A DNA stretch of 64,000 nt, taken from positions 1,352-65,351 of the forward strand of contig SVSP01000008.1 in the NCBI GenBank assembly GCA_015064255.1, written 5' to 3'. Below the pieces are notes generated by a model that saw nothing but the letters and a program-made list of their open reading frames with translations, was not told where the DNA came from and searched no databases. The position numbers and the translations under genes are program-made. This document shows positions 18,845 through 26,544 of this stretch, one piece after another. This DNA is from Oscillospiraceae bacterium (lineage in GTDB: Bacteria; Bacillota; Clostridia; Oscillospirales; CAG-272). Within the stretch, counting starts at the first letter, position 1, and each line of letters opens with the position of its first letter.

Positions 18845-18880
18845 GGCTCACTCTACCATTCGTAGAGTGAGCCTTTTTTT
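18845..18880 (+). terminator. intrinsic terminator
   Basis: A 12-bp stem (GGCTCACTCTAC / GTAGAGTGAGCC), 5-nt loop and T7 run. Confidence 0.85.
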
Positions 18881-18976
18881 CGTGGTAGATTTAACCATTT
18901 TTTCTTCGCCGAGTGGGTTTACTTTCGTGAATGTTTATGATAAAATGTGATCAGATAAACTTTACGGAGAAATTCT

Positions 18977-20194
18977 ATGGATACATACAGCATCGGCAGA
19001 ACAATTGCCGCGTTAAGAAAAAAGAACAAAATGACACAATCCGCACTCGCTGAGCAGCTCGGTGTAAGCGACAAAGCGGTGAGCAAATGGGAAAACGGAC
19101 AAGGCTACCCCGACATCGCTCTCTTCCCCGCTATTGCCGAGGTTTTCGGTGTCACTATCGATTATCTGATGAACGGCGAAAAGAAAGGAATTGCAATCGC
19201 GGGAAATCTTCTTGTCGATATAGTAAAGACGATAGACTGCTATCCTGCACTCGGCACGCTTGCAAATATTTCGCACGTTTCAAAAGCAGTGGGCGGGTGT
19301 GCCGCAAACACCTCTATCGACCTTGCAAAAATCGACCGAAGTATTCCGATATCGGTATTCGGGAAGCTCGGTATGGACGAAAACGGACGTTACATCGTAT
19401 CACAGCTTCAGAATCACGGTGTGAACACAGACGGAATAAGCTATTCATCTTCTACTGAAACAAGCTTTTCAGACGTTATGAGTATGCCGTCGGGTGAGCG
19501 TACATTTTTCCACAAAAGCGGTACAAACACCTTATTTTCCCCCGAGGACATCGACCTTTCCTCTCACAGTTACGAGCTTTTACACATAGGTTACATACTT
19601 CTTCTTGAAAAGTTCGATGCTCCCGACCCCAAATACGGCACGGTAATGGCTCGTTTTCTGCACGATATTCAGTCAAAGGGAATAAAGACATCTATTGACG
19701 TTGTAAGTGCAAATATAGACAACTACGGCGAGAAAATCATTCCCTCGCTGAAATATTCAAATTACGCAATAATGAACGAAATAGAGTCAACAAGCACGTG
19801 GCGTTTAAGTGCACGCCTCCCGGACGGCAGTATAAACCGCCAAAATATTCGACTTGCTATGGAGAAGATGGCAGACGCCGGTGTGCGCGACAAAGTGATC
19901 GTTCACGCAAAAGAGGTTTGCTTCATTCTCGACTGTATAACTTCCGAATTTTGTGAAATTCCGTCACTTAAAATACCGAAGGAAGAAATTCTCGGAAGCG
20001 TCGGCGCAGGTGACGCTTTCTGCGCAGGCTGTCTGTACGGTATTTATCACGGATATACAAACAGACAAATTCTCGAATTCGCATCTGCTGCCGCGGCATC
20101 AAATCTTTTTTCGGAAAACTCTGTTGACGGAATGCTGACGAGAAACGAAATAATGCAGCTTCCAGCAAAATACGGAAGAATTGCAGAAAAATAA
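18977..20194 (+). CDS. XRE-family HTH domain fused to a PfkB/ribokinase-family sugar kinase domain
   Basis: N-terminus MTQSALAEQLGVSDKAVSKWENG (Cro/C1 HTH). The C-terminal part has PfkB signatures (VGGCAANTS, GSVGAGDAFCAGCLYG). Confidence 0.8.
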   Translation: MDTYSIGRTIAALRKKNKMTQSALAEQLGVSDKAVSKWENGQGYPDIALFPAIAEVFGVTIDYLMNGEKKGIAIAGNLLVDIVKTIDCYPALGTLANISHVSKAVGGCAANTSIDLAKIDRSIPISVFGKLGMDENGRYIVSQLQNHGVNTDGISYSSSTETSFSDVMSMPSGERTFFHKSGTNTLFSPEDIDLSSHSYELLHIGYILLLEKFDAPDPKYGTVMARFLHDIQSKGIKTSIDVVSANIDNYGEKIIPSLKYSNYAIMNEIESTSTWRLSARLPDGSINRQNIRLAMEKMADAGVRDKVIVHAKEVCFILDCITSEFCEIPSLKIPKEEILGSVGAGDAFCAGCLYGIYHGYTNRQILEFASAAAASNLFSENSVDGMLTRNEIMQLPAKYGRIAEK

Positions 20195-20240
20195 TACTGA
20201 AAAACTCATAAAAAAAACGATACAAAGGAGATTTTTTACA

Positions 20241-20777
20241 ATGAAACGCGATATTTACGAAAAACAGGTAGCTTCAGCTCTTGAAATGTACGAAAAAGCA
20301 TCTATAATACTTAATGACGACGAAAAAAATAGGATAGAAGTCGTAGATTTTGAACTCGGAAGAGTAAACGAGGTCGGGCTTCAGATACTCACATACATAA
20401 ATACCGAGCGCGTATGCGCAAAGGAAATGGTTCTCCTTCCCGGTCAGACCTGCCCCGAGCATAAACACGTTCCGACAAACGGAATGCAAGGAAAAGAAGA
20501 AACATTCCGATGCCGTTACGGCAAGGTATATCTTTACGTTACGGGTGAAGGCGACAAAAATAAGATCGCGGCAAAGATTCCCCCGACAGACGTAAGTGTT
20601 TTCCACGAAGTAATACTCTGTCCCGGTGAACAGTACACCATCTATCCCGAAACGTGGCACTGGTTTCAAGCAGGAGAGGACGGCGCTGTTATCTCCGAAT
20701 TTTCAACTCGCAGTACCGACGAAACCGATCAGTTTACAGACAAGCGTCTTGTGCGCGAAGTAAAGATCGAAGACTGA
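20241..20777 (+). CDS. D-lyxose/D-mannose-family cupin sugar isomerase
   Basis: Cupin metal motif CPEHKH...KEETFRCRYG and HWFQAGEDGAVISEFST. The ATG at 20241 has an AAAGGAG RBS, so the upstream ORF-track extension was rejected. Confidence 0.7.
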   Translation: MKRDIYEKQVASALEMYEKASIILNDDEKNRIEVVDFELGRVNEVGLQILTYINTERVCAKEMVLLPGQTCPEHKHVPTNGMQGKEETFRCRYGKVYLYVTGEGDKNKIAAKIPPTDVSVFHEVILCPGEQYTIYPETWHWFQAGEDGAVISEFSTRSTDETDQFTDKRLVREVKIED

Positions 20778-20803
20778 CTTTTTTCGAAAGGAATAACAAA
20801 AAA

Positions 20804-21631
20804 ATGCTAGTAACCTTAAACGATATTTTACCCGCTGCGCAGGCAGGCCGCTACGCTGTCGGACTTTTCAATACAACTGATACCGATATGCTTGAAGCCG
20901 CTATATCCGCAGCAGAAGAACTGCGATCTCCCATCATTATAGGAACTGCGGAAATTCTCCTTCCTTACGGAGAGCTTTCGCTCATAGCTCCGTCTGTTAT
21001 TGCCGCCGCAAAACGTGCTTCCGTGCCTGTCGTAGTCCATTACGATCACGGTCTTACATTTGACCGCTGTATTGAAGCCTTGAAGCTCGGATTTTCAAGC
21101 ATAATGTTTGACGGATCCGCAGGTGATACGGAAGTAAATCTAGCCGCCACGCGCGAAATAGTAAAGATCGCGCACAGTTTCGGCGCGTCTGTCGAAGGCG
21201 AGATCGGTCACGTAGGAAACGCAGATTCAAACGACAACGACAGCGACGATATGTATACCTCTCCCGAGGAAGCCGTAGAATTTGTAAAAGCCACGGGAGT
21301 TGACGCTCTTGCCGTAGCTATCGGAACGGCACACGGCGCATACAAGACAAAGCCTCGCCTTGACATTAAGCGTTTGTCCGAGATACGCTCTGCACTCGAC
21401 ACACCGCTTGTACTTCACGGCGGCTCGGGGCTTTCGGATGACGATTTCAGAAATACCATCGCAAACGGAATCGCCAAAGTAAATATTTTCACCGATCTTT
21501 GTGTAGCGGGGCTGGATGCTGTGGAAAATTATGACGGCAGCTATCTTGAAACACGAAACGCAAAAGTAAAAGCTATAAAAGAAGCTGTTATGCAGAAAAT
21601 GATCTTGTTCGGCTGCAGTGGCAAAGCGTAA
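20804..21631 (+). CDS. class II ketose-bisphosphate aldolase (fructose/tagatose-1,6-bisphosphate aldolase family)
   Basis: Motifs HYDHG, EGEIG, GTAHG and LHGGSG. Internal ATG start at 20804. Confidence 0.85.
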   Translation: MLVTLNDILPAAQAGRYAVGLFNTTDTDMLEAAISAAEELRSPIIIGTAEILLPYGELSLIAPSVIAAAKRASVPVVVHYDHGLTFDRCIEALKLGFSSIMFDGSAGDTEVNLAATREIVKIAHSFGASVEGEIGHVGNADSNDNDSDDMYTSPEEAVEFVKATGVDALAVAIGTAHGAYKTKPRLDIKRLSEIRSALDTPLVLHGGSGLSDDDFRNTIANGIAKVNIFTDLCVAGLDAVENYDGSYLETRNAKVKAIKEAVMQKMILFGCSGKA

Positions 21632-21653
21632 AAGATTTTATCGGAGGTTTATT

Positions 21654-24029
21654 ATGGACAAAAAAATTTATTCACTGAACGGAGTTTGGGATCTTAAATT
21701 CACGCTTGATGAGAAATCTTACAGTACGGCAATTACCGTTCCGAGCAACGTAGAGCCCACCCTTGAAAAGATGGGACTTTGCGACGACTGTATGCCCGCA
21801 GACTACGAATTCGCAACCGCAAAATTCGAAACTGTCGATGACTGGACGTACACAACCGTATTCGACGCTCCCGAGCTTCCCGAAGGCTATACGAGAAATC
21901 TTGTATTCGAGGGCATAGACACTCTTGCTGAAATCTATCTCAATGGTGAAAAGCTCGGAAACACCGAAAATATGCATATGATCTACAAATATGCAGTAAA
22001 TCTTAAACCTACAGGAAACGTACTCACCGTAGTTATCAGAAGTATCGATCTTTGGGCGCGAGAGCATCCACACGATCAGTTCAGCAGACCTCAAAGCTTC
22101 AACGGTCACTACGATTCACAGGTGAATATCAGAAAGACACGCCACCATTGGGGTTGGGACAACGCACCGCGTATTATCACATCGGGAATAATACGCGACG
22201 TATATATCGAAGACTTTCCGCCTAAGCGTTTCGAGGATATGTACGTTTATACAAACGATCTTCGCGATGACTACGTAGTGATCAGCGTTTCTTACTTCTA
22301 CAAAACTCCCGTAAAGCTTCTTACAGATCACCGTTTACGCGTATCTCTTATGGACGGAGAAAGCGTTATTGCCTCACTTGTTTCAAGAATATCCTTCGTT
22401 CAAGGACTTGTGATGCTTGGCGTAGAACGAAGCAAGGTCGAGCTTTGGTGGCCAAGCGGTCTTGGCGATCCCAAGCTTTATGACCTCAAGGTTGAAATGC
22501 TTGAAGGCGACGAGTGCGTTGCCGATTATACTCAAAAATTCGGAATACGTTTTATAGAAATAGAGCATACCGATGAAATAGACGAAGACGGAAACGGTAA
22601 TTTCCTATTTAAAGTAAACGGTGAAAAGGTATTTTTGCGTGGTGCAAGCTGGAAACCTCTTGATCCGTTCACAAGCGAAGCGGACAAAAAAACAAGATCT
22701 CTTAACGCACTTAAAGAAATCACAAAGCTTAACTGTAATACCGTAAGAATATGGGGCGGAGGTATGTACGAGGATACTTCATTCTTTGACTACTGCGATG
22801 CCAACGGAATTTTGCTATGGCAGGACTTTATGTTTGCCTGTGAAATTCCGTCAAAGGACGAAGAGTACGGCAAGCTCGTTGCCAAGGAAGCAGAGCAGAT
22901 CGTAAAAAAATACCGCAACTACACCTGTCTTGCACTTTGGTGCGGTGATAACGAATGCGACAGATGTGTGGAATGGGTACAGCCGTTATCGCAACTGCTT
23001 CCCTCTCAGGTGTCGATTACGCGCAAGATACTTTCCGATATCGTTGTCAGATTCGATCCTTTCCGTTTCTATCTCAACAGCTCGCCTATAACGTCTGACA
23101 GAATCCATACTATCCGCCAAACTCGCGGCAAGCCGAGAGATGAATACAACTTCCTTGTAAAGACAGACAAGGGTGTAATTGCTCCGTCTGAAAATCATTT
23201 TTACGTTGCTCCCCATCAGTTCGGTTCTGCTCTCCGCGAAGCAAAGAACAGACTTTTTGGCGAAATTGCCCCCGGTCCGCTTTGTTCAATATCAAACAGC
23301 AACACCTCATTTGAAAGAGAAAAAGCGAGAATGGAGCGTCTTTGGAACTATCCTTGGCTTGTAAGACAGTTCACTCATCAGAATGACGGTTATTTCCACG
23401 CGTGGAGAACTGCGGGAAAATTCGAATGTGAGCAATTCTACGGACGCGACTTCACTCTTGACGAGTGGAAGGATTATACTCTCGCCGTAAACCTTATATG
23501 TGCGGAAGGCTACAAGGACGCCATCGAATACTGCCGTGCTGTAAGGTGGGACAAAACGGGCGTTATATGGTGGTCGCTCTGTGATATGTGGCCTATGGCG
23601 TTCAACTATTCGATAATGGACTGTGATCTTACCCCAAAGCTTCCTTACTTTTGGGTAGAAAAGTCACAGCAGGAACTTCTCCTTGCCGCCGTAAAGACTG
23701 AAATTGACGGAAAAATATCGCTCTATACTCTCAACGATACGAGAGAAGAACGCAGTGCAAGCTACACAGTTACCTCATACGATCGCAGCGGTAATGCCAA
23801 AAAGATACTCTCAGGTAACTTTACGCAGGAGAAGAACTCGTCCTCGCCGATAAAGAACATACCTGTCAGCGAAGAATCCGAGCTTCTGATAATCACATGG
23901 AATGACGGCGAGCGCGAGTACAAGAATCACGCGTTCACAGGCAAGGAAAGCTGGGACGTAATACAAAACTGGGTGCGTATCATCGCGAAGGAATTTGATT
24001 TAGAGAACAAGATTCTCGAGCTGAATTAA
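21654..24029 (+). CDS. GH2-family glycosidase, beta-mannosidase/exo-beta-glucosaminidase-like (paralog A, 791 aa)
   Basis: LNGxW N-terminus, FEGIDTLAEIYLNGEKLG, RIWGGGMYEDxxFFDYCDANGILLWQDFMFAC, a GDNE acid/base block and a GEIAP nucleophile block. GGAGG RBS before the ATG at 21654. No signal peptide. Confidence 0.8.
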   Translation: MDKKIYSLNGVWDLKFTLDEKSYSTAITVPSNVEPTLEKMGLCDDCMPADYEFATAKFETVDDWTYTTVFDAPELPEGYTRNLVFEGIDTLAEIYLNGEKLGNTENMHMIYKYAVNLKPTGNVLTVVIRSIDLWAREHPHDQFSRPQSFNGHYDSQVNIRKTRHHWGWDNAPRIITSGIIRDVYIEDFPPKRFEDMYVYTNDLRDDYVVISVSYFYKTPVKLLTDHRLRVSLMDGESVIASLVSRISFVQGLVMLGVERSKVELWWPSGLGDPKLYDLKVEMLEGDECVADYTQKFGIRFIEIEHTDEIDEDGNGNFLFKVNGEKVFLRGASWKPLDPFTSEADKKTRSLNALKEITKLNCNTVRIWGGGMYEDTSFFDYCDANGILLWQDFMFACEIPSKDEEYGKLVAKEAEQIVKKYRNYTCLALWCGDNECDRCVEWVQPLSQLLPSQVSITRKILSDIVVRFDPFRFYLNSSPITSDRIHTIRQTRGKPRDEYNFLVKTDKGVIAPSENHFYVAPHQFGSALREAKNRLFGEIAPGPLCSISNSNTSFEREKARMERLWNYPWLVRQFTHQNDGYFHAWRTAGKFECEQFYGRDFTLDEWKDYTLAVNLICAEGYKDAIEYCRAVRWDKTGVIWWSLCDMWPMAFNYSIMDCDLTPKLPYFWVEKSQQELLLAAVKTEIDGKISLYTLNDTREERSASYTVTSYDRSGNAKKILSGNFTQEKNSSSPIKNIPVSEESELLIITWNDGEREYKNHAFTGKESWDVIQNWVRIIAKEFDLENKILELN

Positions 24030-24069
24030 TTATTCATATTTTAAAAGAACAACTGATCGGAGGTCTTTT

Positions 24070-26445
24070 ATGAACAAAAACATCTGCACATTAAACGGTA
24101 CTTGGAATCTCACTTTTACACTTAACGATAAGAAATATACTGCGGCGGCGTGTGTTCCCGGAAACGTCGAGCCTTCTCTGCAAGCGCTCGGGCTCTGCGG
24201 AGATTATATGCCCGCCGACAATGAACGCTCAATGATAAAATTCGAAACGGTGGATGACTGGACATACACTACCGTTTTCGACGCGCCCGAGCTTCCCGAC
24301 GGTTATACGCGAAATCTTGTATTTGAGGGTATCGACACCCTTGCAGAGATATATCTCAACGGTGAAAAGCTCGGAAACACCGAAAATATGCATATGACCT
24401 ACAAATATCCGGTAAATCTAAGACCTTTCGGTAACGAGCTTACAGTTATCATCAGAAGCGTGGATCTTTGGGCTCGAAATCATCCGCACGACCAGTTCAG
24501 CAGACCGCAAAATTTCCTCGGTGAATACGACACGCAGACAAATATGCGAAAAACACGTCATCAATGGGGTTGGGACAATGCGCCTCATCTCATCACCGCG
24601 GGAATATTCCGTCCCGTATATATCGAAAACCTTCCGCCGAAGCGTTTTGAAGATATCTATCTCTTCACCGAAGAAATTCGCGAGGACATCGCTGTTATAG
24701 GTATTTCTTATTTTTACAAAACACCCGTCAAGGATCTTTCAGATCACCGCATCCGCATATCGCTTATCGACGGTGAAACAGTTGTACACTCCTCGACCTT
24801 TCCGATAAACTTCGTTCAGGGTCTTGCGAAGATCGGTGTTGACAGAAACAAAATACAGCTTTGGTGGCCGAGCGGTTTCGGTGATCCCAAGCTTTACGAT
24901 ATAAAGATCGAAATGCTTGAGGACGGTGAAAGCGTTGCCGTTTATGAAAGAAAATTCGGAATACGCACGATACATATCGACCACACGGACGACATAACCG
25001 AGGACGGAAAAGGCGATTTTATCTTCAAGGTCAACGGCGAAAAGGTTTTCCTGCGCGGAACAAGCTGGAAGCCCCTCGATCCCCTTGCTTCCGAGGCGGA
25101 CAGAAAGACCAAGACTCTTGATGCACTAAGGGAAATACCCAAGCTCCACTGCAATATGGTAAGAATATGGGGCGGTGGAATTTACGAAGACAAGGAATTC
25201 TTCGACTTCTGCGACGCGAACGGAATTATGGTATGGCAGGACTTTATGTTCGCCTGCGAAATTCCCTCTACCGAAGAGGATTACTGTAAGCTCGCGTCCG
25301 AGGAAGCGGTACAGATAATCAAAAAGCTTCGCAATCATCCGTCGCTTGCACTTTGGTGCGGTGACAACGAATGTGACAGATGCATCGAGTGGGTAATGCC
25401 GCGCTCTAATATGATTCCCTCTCAAAGCGTTATCACACGCCGTGTACTCAAGGATGCAGTTATTCTCAACGATCCCTACCGTTACTACCTTCTCAGCTCT
25501 CCGATCTGCTCGGACGAGTTCCACTTGAGCCGCCATACAAACGGAAATCCGAGAAACGAGCGCACGTTCCGCGTAATGACAGATCACGGTTATATATATC
25601 CTTCCGAAATTCATTTTTACGTCACACCCGACAAATACAGCGATTCTTTGCGCGAAACAAAGAGCAGGATCCTTGGCGAAACGGGTCCTATACAGCTTTG
25701 TGCCATAGCGGCAAACGACGTTACCTTTGAGCGCGAAAAAGCGAGAATGGAGCGTCTTTGGAATTCTCCGCAAATATGGAGCAACGGAAAGCATCAGAAT
25801 GACGGATACTTCACTGTTTGGCGCAACACGGGAAGTATGGTTTGCAAGCACTTTTTCGGACGTGATTTCACATTTGACGAGTGGAAAGAATACAGACTCG
25901 CTGTAAACGTGGTCTGCGCAGAGGTATTTAAGGACGCGCTTGAATACTCCAGAGCTGTGCGTTGGGAGAAAACCGGCGTTATCTGGTGGTCGCTCTGCGA
26001 TATGTGGCCTATGGCGTTCAACTATTCGGTTATGGATTACGAGCTTGGTCCCAAGCTTCCATACTTCTGGATAGAAAAATCGCAGCAGGAATTCTTGCTT
26101 GCTGCTGTAAATACCGAGGTTGGCGGAGAAATCTCTCTGTACGCGCTCAACGATACGCTCGAAAAGCGCAAGGTAAAATACAGCGTAAAAGCATACGATC
26201 AAAACGGCAACTGTGAAACGATAGCGACGGGAAATATAACGCAGGAGAAGAATTCATCATCTCTCGTACAGCGTATATCCAATCCCGAGCAGTCCGAGCT
26301 TTGGATAATCACCTGGAGCGACGGTGTGCGCGAGTACAAAAACCACGCGTTTACGGGCAAGGCAAGCTGGGACGTAATGAAAAAATGGGTCGATATCATC
26401 GCAGATGAATTTGGTATTGCCGACAAAATACTCGAACTGAAATAA
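24070..26445 (+). CDS. GH2-family glycosidase, beta-mannosidase-like (paralog B, 791 aa)
   Basis: Same motif set as paralog A, collinear and of the same length. Confidence 0.8.
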   Translation: MNKNICTLNGTWNLTFTLNDKKYTAAACVPGNVEPSLQALGLCGDYMPADNERSMIKFETVDDWTYTTVFDAPELPDGYTRNLVFEGIDTLAEIYLNGEKLGNTENMHMTYKYPVNLRPFGNELTVIIRSVDLWARNHPHDQFSRPQNFLGEYDTQTNMRKTRHQWGWDNAPHLITAGIFRPVYIENLPPKRFEDIYLFTEEIREDIAVIGISYFYKTPVKDLSDHRIRISLIDGETVVHSSTFPINFVQGLAKIGVDRNKIQLWWPSGFGDPKLYDIKIEMLEDGESVAVYERKFGIRTIHIDHTDDITEDGKGDFIFKVNGEKVFLRGTSWKPLDPLASEADRKTKTLDALREIPKLHCNMVRIWGGGIYEDKEFFDFCDANGIMVWQDFMFACEIPSTEEDYCKLASEEAVQIIKKLRNHPSLALWCGDNECDRCIEWVMPRSNMIPSQSVITRRVLKDAVILNDPYRYYLLSSPICSDEFHLSRHTNGNPRNERTFRVMTDHGYIYPSEIHFYVTPDKYSDSLRETKSRILGETGPIQLCAIAANDVTFEREKARMERLWNSPQIWSNGKHQNDGYFTVWRNTGSMVCKHFFGRDFTFDEWKEYRLAVNVVCAEVFKDALEYSRAVRWEKTGVIWWSLCDMWPMAFNYSVMDYELGPKLPYFWIEKSQQEFLLAAVNTEVGGEISLYALNDTLEKRKVKYSVKAYDQNGNCETIATGNITQEKNSSSLVQRISNPEQSELWIITWSDGVREYKNHAFTGKASWDVMKKWVDIIADEFGIADKILELK

Positions 26446-26544
26446 TTCAAATTTATTATCTCCTATCCGTTTTATATTGACAAAATTACAAATATGTGTT
26501 AAATTATCTGTAATTCCAAAGAAAAACGGATAGGAGCTTTTGTT
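26446..26544 (+). promoter_or_regulatory. repeated regulatory module, copy 1: inverted repeat CTCCTATCCGTTTT ... AAAACGGATAGGAG flanking TTGACA-N17-TGtTAAATT
   Basis: Arms at 26460-26473 and 26523-26536, -35 at 26477-26482, -10 at 26500-26505. The right arm contains the SD (GGAG) of GH2-C. Confidence 0.6.

Noticed and set aside
20181-21653. N-terminal extensions proposed by the ORF track for the isomerase (20181), the aldolase (20654) and GH2-A (21618). Similar extensions were proposed for potD (36656), VanY (41741), the BNR protein (51409) and the 578-aa protein (51210).
   Set aside because: The internal ATGs have properly spaced GGAG-type RBSs and give N-termini matching the family consensus. 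The extensions overlap upstream genes or are basic low-complexity sequence.
26460-26536. The inverted repeat around the internal promoter acting as a rho-independent terminator for the upstream GH2 gene.
   Set aside because: The loop is about 49 nt and no T-run follows the right arm. It is reported instead as a regulatory or SD-sequestering element.
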